Counted from the stretch's first letter, positions 26,517 to 37,432 are shown. The stretch is 64,000 nucleotides of DNA from Candidatus Eiseniibacteriota bacterium (GCA_963717505.1 OY970342.1:1184001-1248000); one strand, 5' to 3'. Translations and numbers: made by a program. The notes: generated from the letters alone by a model not told the origin.

Positions 26517-29188
26517 TCATTGCGTGCGAACCATGCGCTTGGACCAGGAGTGGCCGGCGGCTTCGAAGCGAATGACATAGAGCCCGGGCGGCACCACACC
26601 GCGACCCTCGCCGCTCCAGGTTGCCTGATGGCTGCCTGCATCCTGGACACCCTCGACCAGCACCGCCACCGTGCGGCCCTGGATATCGAGCACGCTCAGC
26701 TTCACCGAGGTGCGCCTGCCGAGCGCATAGTCGATGCGCGCGTAGTCCGCGCTGGGGTTCGGCGTCACGTGTCCGAGCGAGAAGCCCGCGGTCATCGCGC
26801 CGGCGGTGACCGAGAGCGGACCGAAGGTCACGGCCGGGCCCGACGGACCCCAGGCGCGCAACCGGTACCAATAAGTCGCCCCGGCTTCGACGTTGCGATC
26901 GAGGGCGACGACTTCCGAGCCGGACTCGCCGACCTCGACCGCCGCGGTCCCCCACGGTCCGTCACTGGCGGCACCGCGCTCCAGCTGGTAGCCCGTGAAC
27001 GAGCGCGGGTCGCCGAACTGCCAGCGCACCTCGATGCCGGTTTCCACCGGAATGGCGTCGAAACGGGCGAGCAATGTCGCTGTCGGCAGGTCGGAGAACA
27101 CGGCGAGCCCCGGCCGTGGACCATCGCTCGCGTATCTGAAAGCGCCTCCGACAATCACCGAGTTGCCGATCGCCGCAACGACCGCGGGATAACCGTCCAG
27201 GTCGGCGTCCCAGGGCAGGACGTCACCCGTGTAAGGGTCGAGGGCGGCCATTCCGTGACGCGACGCACCACCGACGTTGTCGAACACGCCCGCGACGTAG
27301 ATGGTGCCGTTGTTGATTGCAATCGATTGGACATAGCCGGGATTCGGAGCCCAGGGGCCGACCGACCCGGTGGCACGGTCGAGGGCCGCGAGACCGCTCC
27401 GATCCTGATTGCTGATGATCTCGAACCCCCCGCCCACATAGATCGTGCTGCCGTTGGGCTTCACCACGGTGCAGCCGCCGGTAGGCTCAGCGTGCCAAGG
27501 TGTGACGGCGCCGGTTGCGACGTCGAACGCCGCCAGAAAGATGCGATCCTCACTGGCCATGCTCGCAAAGTTTCCTGCCGCGTAGAGCGTACCGCCGTCC
27601 AGGGCGAGGTCCGCGACCAAGGCATCCGGGCTCGGGTTCCACGAGGTCGCCGTACTCGATGCGGTGTCGACGGCGGCCAGGTACCTCCGGGACTCGCCAC
27701 CGATCGCGAGGAAGGATCCCGCGGTGTAGACCGTCTCGCCGTCGACCGCGACGTCGTTGACGGGTGCATCCGGGTTCGGGTCGAACGAAAAGACATCACC
27801 CGTGGCCGAGATCGCCGCGAGATAATTGCGGGGGACTCCACCGACGGAGGTGAAAAGCCCACCGACATAGATGCGGTCGCCGTCGACCTCGATGCAATCC
27901 ACCTGACTGTCGACCTCCGGGTTCCAGGACGTCGCCTCGCCGGTGGTCAGGTTGATCGCGGCAAGATTGGCCCGCCGCACTCCGTCCACGTTGAAGAGGT
28001 CGCCGCCGACGAACACGGCACTCCCGGTCGCGGACAGTGCGATGACGTATCCACCGATCACGGGGTTCCACGCGGTGGCATTGCCGGTTGTCGTGTTCAG
28101 GGCGGCGAGTCCGAATCGGGGCTGGCCACCGATGCTCGTGAAATCGCCGAGGGCATACACCGTGGTGCCGCTGACGGCGAGTCTCGAGAGCGTATTGTCG
28201 GCGTTCGGATTCCAGCCGGTAGCGTTGCCGTTGGTGTTGTTCAGCGCCGCGATGTAGCCGCGGGACTGGCCGCCGATGGTCGTGAAGTATCCGCCGGCAT
28301 AGATCGTGGTTCCGTCCACGGCCAGCGAGTAGACTGCGTTGTCCGGATCGGGATTCCACGACGTCGCATTCCCGGTCGTGGCGCTCATGGCCGCCGCGAA
28401 GTTACGCGACTGGCCGCCGATGGAGGTGAACGAGCCGCCGGCGTACACCGTGCTGCCACTGACCGCGAGCGCGGTCACGCCGTCGTCCGGGTCGGGGTTC
28501 CACGATGTGGCGCCGCCGGTGGCGACACTGATCGCTGCGAGATTGCGGCGAGGTTGACCCCCGATGTTCGCGAAGAAGCCGCCGACGTAGATCGTGCCGC
28601 CGCTGACCGCAAGTGGCGAACACTGCCCGCTCGGGTTGGGATCCCAACCCGTGGCGGCCCCGGTGCCGGCATTGATCGCTGCCAGGCCGTTGCGCGCGAG
28701 CCCGCCGACGGTCGCGATAGTTGTCCGGCGACATAGACCGTCGTCCCGCTGACCTCGATCACGCTCACGCTACGGTCGGCCCCGGGATTCCACGAGGTCA
28801 GATTCCCGAAGGCGTCGATCTGCGCGAGATTCGATCGCAGCTGTCCACGGACGTGGGTGAAGTCGCCACCAATGAACCATCCGCCGGCGCCATCGGGGGC
28901 AACCGCGAATACCGCTCCACCAATTCCGGGATAGGGCTGAACGCCGGCACCGCTCGTGGTGTTCAACACGACGCCGCCTCCCGAGGCGGGACCGACGGTG
29001 GAGAAGTTGCCGCCCAGGTAGAGCGTGTTCCCCGACACCGCCATGTCGAGCACAACACCGTCGGGGACCCAGACCTCTTCGCGCAGGGTCTGCGCGCGTG
29101 ACGGCGACGTCACCAGTATCGTGACCAGAAGGACGAGTGGCGCGAATCGCGAAACGGCGCTATTGGGGTGGCGCGCGACGGGATTCAT
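26517..29188 (-). CDS. Secreted beta-propeller repeat protein with C-terminal FlgD-Ig/T9SS-A-like domain (several frameshifts 28480-28730)
   Basis: Signal peptide; about 14 repeats of ~48 aa (YxGGxFTxIGGxxRxxLAA...TGxxTxWNP); tail PNP...LDIQGRTV...W.G...PGLYVIRF. Confidence 0.8.
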
Positions 29189-29377
29189 GGGACCTCCGCG
29201 CTGGGCGCGCACCGGGCGCGGGACTTGTCGGCGGCGGGGGGAATCCGTGGTGGCCGGAAAGCGGCGCCGGGGCCATCAAACGACAATAAGTCTAGGCCGC
29301 CTCTTGGGTCCGACAAACGAAAAGGCGATTTCAGATCCCGCTTCGAAAAGCCGACGCTCGCCGACGGCTCTGGCTAC

Positions 29378-30452
29378 CTAAACGCCCGTGCCCCGGTGGC
29401 CTTGAAAGCCGCGTGTACCGGCGACTCCGGGCGCTAGCGCGAGCTGCTGGGCGGCGGCCCGGGTGATCTCGGCCACCAGCGGGGGCTTCGATCCGACGGT
29501 AACCCGCAAGCGATCGCCATGCGGAGGCTCCGGGGTCAGCTCGAGCACCGAGCCCCGCAGGTTGTTCTGGGCACTGCCCGCGGGAGACTCAGCGACAGGG
29601 TGACCTCCCGTGGATCGACCACCACGAACACCTGGTCGCCCGGTGCGAACGATTCGTCCCCCGAGGCGGCGGTCAAGCGCAAGTCGCCGACGCGAACCTG
29701 AATGACATCCCCGGATGCGACCTCGACCGATCCACACAACAGATTCAAGCCCATGAAGTCCGCGACGAACGCGGAGCGCGGATGGCGGAGCAGTTCGTCG
29801 CCGGATCCGACCTGGGTGACCTCGCCGCCGGCGAGCACCGCGATCGGTCCGCCGAGCGCCAATGCCTCGGAGGGATGGTGCGTAACGAAGATGGTCACGC
29901 AGTTGAGCTCGGCCACCAGGCGCGCGAGTTCGGCGCGAACCGCACGCCGCGTGGTCACGTCGAGGCCGGTGAGCGGTTCGTCGAGCAGCAGGAGCTCGAG
30001 GCTCGACCGCAAGCGCTCGAGCGATCGACACCCGTTGCCGCTGTCCGCCCGACAGCTCGCGCGGCCGGCGGCGCCCGAGATCGCCCACGCCCATGCGCTC
30101 GAGCGCGCGGCGGGCGCGACCGGCGGGATCGGACATTCCGGCCGCCCGCGGGCCAAACGCGACGTTGTCGAGTGCGCTCAAGTGCGGGAACAGCGCGTCG
30201 TCCTGCGCGACATAGCCGACCGCGCGCCGCTCGGGTGGCAATCCAGGTGCGCGCGGCCGTGTCGAACCAGATCTCGCCGCCGATCCCAATGTGCCCGCGG
30301 TCCGGGCGCTCGAGACCCGCGAGCAACCGCACCAGCGTGGTCTTGCCCGAGCCGCTCTCGCCGACCACGACCAGGGTCGAGGGCGACTCGGCCCGAAGCG
30401 CGATCGAGAGCCGGAACTCACCCAGCTGTTTGTGGACGTCCGCCCGGAGCAC
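29378..30452 (-). CDS. modC: Molybdate ABC transporter ATP-binding protein with TOBE domains (multiple frameshifts)
   Basis: GESGSGKT (frame 29955..30452); VGYVAQDDALFPHL and LSGGQRQR in a second frame; LLLDEP and FVTH in a third frame. Confidence 0.8.
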
Positions 30453-31242
30453 CGAGCCCCCCCGCCGCCGCCGTCGGCAGCGACCGCATCGCGAACAGGA
30501 CGACGAACGAAACCACGACCAAAAGGACGGACATCGCGAGGGCTGCGCCCAGATCGGATTGCATCGCCACGTAGACCGCGAGCGGCAGGGTCTGCGTCAC
30601 GCCGGGCAGATTCCCGGCGAACGTGATCGTCGCGCCGAACTCGCCGAGTGCCCGCGCCCAGCTCATCGCCGCCCCGGCGACAAGTGAGGGCATCACCAGC
30701 GGCAGCACTACTCGCGAAAAACGTGTCCATTCCGAAGCGCGTAGCGTCGCCGCGGCTTCGAGGTAGCGTCGATCCACGCTCGCAAACGCGGCGCGCGCCG
30801 ACCCGACGAAGAACGGCGCCGCCATGAACGCCTGCGCGAGGACCACGGCGGCAGTGGTGAACGGCAGCGTGTACCCGAACGCCGCTAGTCCCTGGCCGAC
30901 CATTCCGGCGCGGCCAAACGCCATGAGCAGTGCGAAACCGGCGACGGTCGGCGGCAACACCATCGGCAGGTCGACCAGGACTTCGAGCAACCGTTTGCCC
31001 GGAAAGCGCCGCGTGGCCAATACCCACGCTGCCGGGGTGCCGAGGACGATCACGATGGCGAGCGCCGCCGCGCTGGACGCGAGACTGAGGCGCAGCGCTT
31101 CGACCACCGCGGGGTCGCGCAACCGAACGAACAGGACGCCGGGCTCGACTCGAACGAAGAGAGCGACCACCGGCAGCGCCAGCAGGCCAAGAAGGAGTCC
31201 AAGCCCGGCCGCGGTCGCGACGCGCCAGAGCACCGCGCTCAC
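30418..31242 (-). CDS. modB: Molybdate ABC transporter permease
   Basis: DLPMVLPPTVAGFALL, EAAATLRA, WARALGEFGATITFAGN. Confidence 0.92.
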   Translation of the reverse strand: MSAVLWRVATAAGLGLLLGLLALPVVALFVRVEPGVLFVRLRDPAVVEALRLSLASSAAALAIVIVLGTPAAWVLATRRFPGKRLLEVLVDLPMVLPPTVAGFALLMAFGRAGMVGQGLAAFGYTLPFTTAAVVLAQAFMAAPFFVGSARAAFASVDRRYLEAAATLRASEWTRFSRVVLPLVMPSLVAGAAMSWARALGEFGATITFAGNLPGVTQTLPLAVYVAMQSDLGAALAMSVLLVVVSFVVLFAMRSLPTAAAGGLGAPGGRPQTAG

Positions 31243-32081
31243 GGCATGACGGCCGGCAGGAACCCGCGGTCGGCCAGCAGGGACTGGCCTTCGCTGGACA
31301 GCAGAAACGCGATGAAGGCGCGAGCGGCGCGGGGGTTCGGCGACTTCTTCAGCACCGCGATCTGGTAGGTCGCAAGGACATTGCCGGAATCGGGAATCGC
31401 GATCGCCGCCGCGTAGCGTGAGACCGATTCGGTCAGGTCGGACTGGTAGACGATCCCGGCGTCCGCCTCGCGCAGCTGGATCTTGGACACGACCGCCTTC
31501 ACGTCGTCCTCGTTCGAGACGACGTTGGCGAGCACGCGGTCGGCGAAGTCGTCGCCGTATCTGGGCATCGCCGACAACTTGGCCAGCGACTGTCGCGCAT
31601 AGCGCCCGACCGGGACCTCCTCCGCGCCGAGCACGATCTTGACGCCGGGCCGCGCGAGGTCCGAGAGCTTCACGACCGCGTTCTGCACCGAGGCGGGAAT
31701 GATCACCACCAGCCGGTTGTGCGCGAACACCCGCGGCGTATCGACCACGTGCCCGGCCGTGATCACGTGCTGCATCCAGCGTTCGTCGGCGGAAGCGAAG
31801 GCGTCACCGATTGCGCCGTTCTCGATCTGGGCGGCGACCAATTGCGATCCGCCGTAGTTCATGCGGAGTTGAACGTTCCGCTCGCGCATCGGCGCCGAGC
31901 TGGCATCGAACGCTTCGGACAGTGAAGCGGCGGCGAACACGACCACGCGGCCGGTCGGCGGCGGGGCCTTTTCCGGCGTCCCACAGGAAGCGAGGGTAGC
32001 GAACAGCCCGAGCACGCCCACCACCCTCCAGGCGCGATGTGCGCTATGCCGGACGAGCCCGGGATGCGGCCGGTTCTTCAT
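31239..32081 (-). CDS. modA: Molybdate ABC transporter substrate-binding lipoprotein
   Basis: LASC lipobox; VFAAASL; GGSQ..AQIENGA; VPVGRYA; ADAGIVYQSD. Confidence 0.9.
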   Translation of the reverse strand: MKNRPHPGLVRHSAHRAWRVVGVLGLFATLASCGTPEKAPPPTGRVVVFAAASLSEAFDASSAPMRERNVQLRMNYGGSQLVAAQIENGAIGDAFASADERWMQHVITAGHVVDTPRVFAHNRLVVIIPASVQNAVVKLSDLARPGVKIVLGAEEVPVGRYARQSLAKLSAMPRYGDDFADRVLANVVSNEDDVKAVVSKIQLREADAGIVYQSDLTESVSRYAAAIAIPDSGNVLATYQIAVLKKSPNPRAARAFIAFLLSSEGQSLLADRGFLPAVMP

Positions 32082-32097
32082 GGTTCCTCCGAAAAGT

Positions 32098-32481
32098 TCA
32101 GTCCAGGACGGCATCGACTTCGATCTCGACCCGCCAGCGCGGATCGAGCAGACGCGACACGACCACCATGGTCGAGGCCGGCCGGATGTCGCGAAACACT
32201 TCGCCGTGCGCTCGACCGATCGCCTCCCAGTCATGCGCGTAGACCAGGAACATGCGGGTTCGCACGACGTGTTCGAGCCCGGCCCCGGCTTCGCGCAGCG
32301 CGGCCGCGATGATCTCGAAGCAGCGCCGGGCCTGCTGCTCCGGATCGGCGGGGCACGAACCGTCCGGCCACACCGGCGCGGTTCCGGCGACGAACACCCG
32401 ATCGCCGGCCCGCACCGCGCGGCTGAAGCCGATCGTCGGCTCGTAGGGAGATCCCGAAGAGACGCGTCGGCGTGCGGTCAT
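32098..32481 (-). CDS. RidA/YjgF family protein (Rid7-like)
   Basis: SSGSPYEPTIGFSRAVR, VVRTRMF, RPASTMV, VEIEVDA. Confidence 0.9.
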   Translation of the reverse strand: MTARRRVSSGSPYEPTIGFSRAVRAGDRVFVAGTAPVWPDGSCPADPEQQARRCFEIIAAALREAGAGLEHVVRTRMFLVYAHDWEAIGRAHGEVFRDIRPASTMVVVSRLLDPRWRVEIEVDAVLD

Positions 32482-33398
32482 CCGTTCGAGTCCGAGGGAC
32501 CTTCGTCGTGTGGGCCAGGGTCCGCGGATCCGTTGGCGGCATCGGGTCCGCCGCCCTTCTTGCGCTTGCCGCAGTGGCAATCCCCGCACTTGTGATAGGG
32601 GCCGGGGGGCAGATCGGCGTAGGCAATGCGATGTTCCTGGCCCTCGTCGTCGCGCACCCAGACCGCCTCGCGGTAGGTCTCGGTGCGGGTGACCTGCACC
32701 TCGCCCTGGCCGGTGCGGATCTTGGTTCCCAGGGCCGGCAGCCGCGCGGCGCTGTCCCGATAATGGGCCAGCTCGTACGCCAGACAGCACATCAGTCGCC
32801 CGCAGGCGCCGGAGATCTTGGTCGGGTTTAGCGCCAGCTGTTGCTCGCGCGCCATCTTGAGCGTGACCGGATGGAATTCCTTGAGCCAGGTCGAGCAGCA
32901 GAAAGCGCGGCCGCACGGGCCGCAGCCGTCGAGCCGCTTGGCCTGGTCCCGGATGCCGATCTGCCGGAGTTCGATCCGGGTGCGGAACTTCGCGGCCAGG
33001 TCCTTGACCAGCTCGCGAAAGTCGACCCGATGCTCGGCCGAGAAATAGAACGTGATGCGATTGCGGTTGAACGCGACTTCGGTCTCGGACAGATCCATAG
33101 GCAGTTCCCGCAGCTCGATGCGCTCGCGGCAGTAGGCGAACGATTCCTCTTCCAGCTCGCGATTGTGGTCCTCCTGGTCGAGATCCTCCTCGGTGGCCTT
33201 GCGGATGATCTCGTGGCTGACGTTCCCCGGGCGCTTGAGCTCGACCAGCGTGCCTTTCAGGTGAATGCGACCGAAGGCCTCACCCAGCTCGCTCTGGACG
33301 ATGACCGGATCGCGCAACGCGAGCCACAGGTTGCGGGAGTTGAGGAAGAACTCGCGGCGCGTGCCGCGCAAGGCGACCTGCATGATCTCGGACATCAC
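32478..33398 (-). CDS. ricT: PSP1-domain protein RicT/YaaT
   Basis: RVDFRELVKDLA, RIELRQIGIRD, GPCGRAFCC, KISGACGRLMCCLAYE. Confidence 0.92.
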   Translation of the reverse strand: MMSEIMQVALRGTRREFFLNSRNLWLALRDPVIVQSELGEAFGRIHLKGTLVELKRPGNVSHEIIRKATEEDLDQEDHNRELEEESFAYCRERIELRELPMDLSETEVAFNRNRITFYFSAEHRVDFRELVKDLAAKFRTRIELRQIGIRDQAKRLDGCGPCGRAFCCSTWLKEFHPVTLKMAREQQLALNPTKISGACGRLMCCLAYELAHYRDSAARLPALGTKIRTGQGEVQVTRTETYREAVWVRDDEGQEHRIAYADLPPGPYHKCGDCHCGKRKKGGGPDAANGSADPGPHDEGPSDSNG

Positions 33399-33619
33399 GC
33401 ACCTCTATCGGGCGGCGGGACCGCCCAGACGCCGGGCAAGAGCCGGCGATTCCTCCGGAAGTCTATGAAGAGCCCGGAACCTGCCGGGCGACCGCCCGAG
33501 CATACTCCAGCGCCGGGGCGGGTTCATCACGGCCGGGCAGGTGGTCGGCCGAACCGCGCGCGAGGGCGGCCGGTCCAAGCTCGTGGCCCCGCCGGGTCGC
33601 GAGCGACCCGGTGGCGCGA

Positions 33620-34057
33620 CTACGCGGCGCGGGCTCCGTTCTCGGAAACGTCGTCGAGGTGGAGGACATAGAGGACGCTGCCGTCGTCGGGATCCGAGTA
33701 CCGGAGGATGAACTCCTCGACCTCGAGGTGAGACCGGCGAAAGTAGCGGTCGTCGGATTCGCCGACGCCGCGGTCGATGTGCTGGGTCGCCGACGTGACC
33801 TCGGGCGAGTTGAACTGCACCTGGACGACGTCGCAGCGCCGGATCGGGACTTGTCGGTGACTCAGCGCCGCGAGTGCCAGGAACACCGTGGTCCGATCGA
33901 TTCCGAGCTCATCGCTGTCCTGGATCCGGCGGCCGCGGCGGTCGAGAATCTCCTGGTAGTCGAGCGGGCGAAGACGGCTGGCCGCGGGACTGTCACTCCC
34001 GAAACGCTGGATGACCAGGTCGTCCCGACTCCGGCCGGGAGGTGGCTTCGCCGTCAT
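33620..34057 (-). CDS. Hypothetical protein
   Basis: GAGGA RBS; 145-aa ORF with ordinary composition between holB and ricT. Confidence 0.6.
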   Translation of the reverse strand: MTAKPPPGRSRDDLVIQRFGSDSPAASRLRPLDYQEILDRRGRRIQDSDELGIDRTTVFLALAALSHRQVPIRRCDVVQVQFNSPEVTSATQHIDRGVGESDDRYFRRSHLEVEEFILRYSDPDDGSVLYVLHLDDVSENGARAA

Positions 34058-34092
34058 GGGTCCTCGAGGCTGCTCGAGCGCCGGAACACAGC

Positions 34093-34115
34093 AAGAAGGG
34101 GCCCGGGCGGGCCCC
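34093..34115 (-). terminator. Possible intrinsic terminator after holB
   Basis: Minus strand GGGGCCC-GCCC-GGGCCCC followed by TTCTT. Confidence 0.4.
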
Positions 34116-34159
34116 GCTCTCCGGTTTTCGGCCAGTCGACCCTGCCGGTAGAGGTCGAA

Positions 34160-35350
34160 TCAGTAGCGCCAGCGGCCGGCGGCGTGCGCCGGCCATTCGC
34201 TCGTTTCGAACCCGGGATCGGCGGCGCGGCGCATGGCCGAGAACAACGCCAGGTCCGGGGTGACATTGCCCTCGATCGACCGCAACGCCTCCTCCAGCAC
34301 CAGCAGTCGGCGCCGGATCTCGGAGGCCGAGATCGTCCCGGCCAGGCGCCGCAGCTCGGGCTCCCGGTCGCGATTCACCAGGGCCTCGCGCGGCATGCCG
34401 GCACTCGCGCGCAGCAGGTCGCGCAGCCACAACTCCTGGAACTCGACCAACCGGCGCAGGGTCTCGCGCCCGGCGCGGCCGAAGCGATTCACCGACTGGA
34501 TCGCCTTGAGCAACGAGGCGCCGTCGCCGCGACGCGCGGCCTCGAGCAACGCCAGTGACTGATTGCGCGCCTCGAGCGGCTCGGTGTCACGCAGTGTGAT
34601 CGCGCGCCCGAGCGAGCCTCCGGAGAGTGCGGCGAGCATTCGCGATTCGGCCGGGGAAGCGCCGAGGGCTTCCTGCAGCGTGCCGGCCACCAGCGATTCC
34701 GGCAGCGGCGCGAATCGCACGCGCTGGCAACGCGAGCGGACGGTGGCCGGCAGCCGCGCCGGCCGTGCGGTGGTCAGCACCCAGACCGTGGACGCGCCCG
34801 GTTCTTCGATGGACTTGAGCATCGCCGAGCACTGGTCCTCGCGCATCCGGTCGGCGTCGCGCACTACCACCACGCGGCGCGAGGACTCGAAGGGCTTGTA
34901 GGCCAGCTCACGCAGCAGCTCGCGGGTGAGGGACAGGCGGATCGACGCGGCTTTCTCGTAGTTGAATACGAACCACGGGTCGGATCGCCAGGCCTCGAGC
35001 GTTTCCGAGATGGCGGTATCGAGTTGCTTCTCCTCGCCCGATACCGGGAACAGGAACTTGAGGTCGGGATGCTGGAGGCGGGCGGCGCGTTGGCAGGAAG
35101 CGCATCGGCCGCACGCGTCGGTCGCCGGGCGCGGCGCTTCCAGTTCGCCGAACAGACCGGGGGCGTCGCTCGTCCCGGGACTCGCGCACAGAATCGCGCG
35201 GGCGAAGGCGAGGGCTGCCGTGCCCTTGCCGACGCCGGATGGACCGTGGAAGAGATAGGCGTTGGCCAGACGGCCGGCGGCCAGCGTTCGGCGCAGGAAC
35301 TCCACCGGTTCCGCTTGTCCGAGGATGCGATCCAGCTCGGGAACCGGCAA
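34160..35350 (-). CDS. holB: DNA polymerase III subunit delta'
   Basis: ILGQ, AYLFHGPSGVGK, CGRCASC, HPDL, LKSIEEP, TVRSRCQ; TTG start after AGGAG. Confidence 0.93.
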   Translation of the reverse strand: MPVPELDRILGQAEPVEFLRRTLAAGRLANAYLFHGPSGVGKGTAALAFARAILCASPGTSDAPGLFGELEAPRPATDACGRCASCQRAARLQHPDLKFLFPVSGEEKQLDTAISETLEAWRSDPWFVFNYEKAASIRLSLTRELLRELAYKPFESSRRVVVVRDADRMREDQCSAMLKSIEEPGASTVWVLTTARPARLPATVRSRCQRVRFAPLPESLVAGTLQEALGASPAESRMLAALSGGSLGRAITLRDTEPLEARNQSLALLEAARRGDGASLLKAIQSVNRFGRAGRETLRRLVEFQELWLRDLLRASAGMPREALVNRDREPELRRLAGTISASEIRRRLLVLEEALRSIEGNVTPDLALFSAMRRAADPGFETSEWPAHAAGRWRY

Positions 35351-35379
35351 AGGAACTCTCCTGTCGGTGGGGGCTGCGG

Positions 35380-36576
35380 TTACTGCAGCCACTCCTGGGG
35401 ATTCAGCGACTGGCCGCCGCGGCGCACTTCGAAGTGGAGCGCAGGGCCCTTGAGCGAGCCGGTCTCGCCGCTCTCGGCGATGACTTGTCCACCCTGGACT
35501 TCCTGGCCGACCAAGACGCCGACTCCGGAAAGATGACCGTACAAGGTGTAATAGCTGTCCCCGTGATTCAAGATCAACATGACGCCATAGGTGCCGAAGT
35601 CCTCGCTCACGTACTCGACCCGGCCGTTGGCTACCGCCCGTACCGGCGTACCGATCGGGGTCGCGATGTCGATCCCGTTGTTCATGGTCACCGTGCCCCA
35701 CTTGGGATGGGTCTCGGGACCGAAGCGGCCGATCACCCGGCCGTCGACCGGCCAGTTCAGGCGCCCCTGGCCCCGCGAGAAATCCCCGGCGTAGGGCGGC
35801 CGGAACGACTTGGTGGCGCTCTTCTGTTTCTGTTCCAGGTCGGCGAGCAGGCGCTGGATCGCGCGCGCCGTCTTCTCGAGCTCGAGTGCCGCGGCTTCGA
35901 ATGCCTCGCGTTGCGTCTGGATCTTCTGCACCGACTCGGCGCGCTCCTGGCGCAGCGAAGTCAGGCGCCGGCTCTCCTGGTCGGTGCGCTGGGCATTGCG
36001 CTGGACGTCGGTCAGATTGCGCGACAGGCGGCTCTCGCTGGCTTCGACCATGTTCTTCTCGGCCTCGATGTTCTCGAGCAGGACGCGATCCTGCTCCGCG
36101 ACCATGACCAGGAAGTCCCAGCGCGACAGCAACTGGGCGAAGGACTGAGTCGACAGCAGGAACTCGAGCTCGCGTCCGTTGCCATAGATGTAGACACTGC
36201 GCAAGCGGCGAGCGAGTTTGGCGCGCTGGCCGCCGAGCGAAGCGACACTGCGGTCGAGGTCCGCGCGTGTCGCCGCCAGCTCGCGGTCGAGGCGCGTGCG
36301 CTGGCCCTGGAGCGCGCGCAGGCGCTTGCGAGACGTACCCAGGTCGCGCTCGGTGCGCTTGAGCTGACCGACCGCCTTGACCTCCTGGCCCTTGAGGCGT
36401 CGCGCCGCCTCGCGCTTCTCTCTCGCTTCGTTCTGGATGCGCTCGAGCTCGGCGCGCTTGGCGGCGGCGTTGAGGCTGTCCTGCGCCCCCACGTTCGGCG
36501 CGAGCAGGGCGGAGGCGAGCGCCAGCCCCAGGAGCGCGACGCGGTAGCGACGCGTTCGACCCGACCGCGGAATCAC
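35380..36576 (-). CDS. envC: Murein hydrolase activator EnvC (coiled coil + M23)
   Basis: Signal peptide; long coiled coil; WPVDG, NNGIDI (first Zn His replaced, as in EnvC), LYGHL, LHFEVR; follows ftsX. Confidence 0.88.
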   Translation of the reverse strand: MIPRSGRTRRYRVALLGLALASALLAPNVGAQDSLNAAAKRAELERIQNEAREKREAARRLKGQEVKAVGQLKRTERDLGTSRKRLRALQGQRTRLDRELAATRADLDRSVASLGGQRAKLARRLRSVYIYGNGRELEFLLSTQSFAQLLSRWDFLVMVAEQDRVLLENIEAEKNMVEASESRLSRNLTDVQRNAQRTDQESRRLTSLRQERAESVQKIQTQREAFEAAALELEKTARAIQRLLADLEQKQKSATKSFRPPYAGDFSRGQGRLNWPVDGRVIGRFGPETHPKWGTVTMNNGIDIATPIGTPVRAVANGRVEYVSEDFGTYGVMLILNHGDSYYTLYGHLSGVGVLVGQEVQGGQVIAESGETGSLKGPALHFEVRRGGQSLNPQEWLQ

Positions 36577-37430
36577 GGTCCGACCGAACGCAGGACCCGG
36601 CCGAACGCGAGCACCGCCGACAGCCATCCGAGCACGACCACGGTACCGACGAACGCCAGTCCCCAGGTCCACGGCAGGAACGCGACGTTGCCGATCTGTG
36701 ATTCGAGCGCAGTCGCGAACGCGTACACCAGCCCGAGCGCCATGGTCGATGCGACCAGCGCCACGAACAGCGCTTCGAAGATGAACGGCGTCGCGATGAA
36801 CGCGTCGGTGGCGCCGAGCCGGCTCATGATCTCGACCTGCGGGCGGCGGGCGAGCACGGTCAGTCGATTGGTGTTGTACAGGACGAACAGCACCGCGAAC
36901 GCGACCAGGATGCCGACCACGATCGAGGCGCGCACCAGACCGGCTTGGATCTCGTCGAGACGACGCACCCATTCTCCGCCGTAGCGTACCGCCTCGACTT
37001 CGGGGAACTCCTCGACCTGCTCCGCGGCGCGCTCCATGGCTGAATGGTGCAACAGCTCCGGCCGCAGCTTGACCCGGAACGAGGCGGGCAGCGGGTTGCC
37101 GCCGACCGCGTCGAGCAACGAACGGTCGCCGATCTGCTGGGCGAATTCGTCCCAGGCGTCGTCGCGCGACACGTAAGTCACGCTGCCGTAGAGCTGTTGC
37201 AAGCGTCCCATCAGCACGTCGCGCTGCGCGGGGGTGACGCCGTCGTTCAGGTAGACCACCATCTCGCGGCGATCGCCGAGCAGGCCGATCGCGATCCGGC
37301 TGTTGTGCGCGGCCAACAGGAAGATGCCCGACAGGGTGAGTGCAGCCGCCAGCGAGAAGACCGCGGTCGAGACCAGGCCCCGGTGGTGGCGGATCGAGCG
37401 CCACGCCTCGGTGAAGAAGAAGAGGTGCAC
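36573..37430 (-). CDS. ftsX: Cell division permease FtsX
   Basis: YVSRDDA, NPLPASF, RRPQVEIMSRLGATDAFIATPFIFE. Confidence 0.9.
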   Translation of the reverse strand: MHLFFFTEAWRSIRHHRGLVSTAVFSLAAALTLSGIFLLAAHNSRIAIGLLGDRREMVVYLNDGVTPAQRDVLMGRLQQLYGSVTYVSRDDAWDEFAQQIGDRSLLDAVGGNPLPASFRVKLRPELLHHSAMERAAEQVEEFPEVEAVRYGGEWVRRLDEIQAGLVRASIVVGILVAFAVLFVLYNTNRLTVLARRPQVEIMSRLGATDAFIATPFIFEALFVALVASTMALGLVYAFATALESQIGNVAFLPWTWGLAFVGTVVVLGWLSAVLAFGRVLRSVGP

Positions 37431-37432
37431 GG

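Noticed and set aside
27100-29060. Periodic ~144-nt repeats as a possible CRISPR array
   Set aside because: They are degenerate protein-coding blade repeats, with no identical direct repeats or spacers and no cas genes.
29378-30452. modC as a true pseudogene or programmed frameshift
   Set aside because: All ABC motifs are intact, no slippery heptamer was seen, and similar indels occur throughout the window.
33400-33619. GC-rich hairpins upstream of ricT as a riboswitch or ncRNA
   Set aside because: No recognisable family motif; such stems are expected at this GC content. An Rfam search would be needed.
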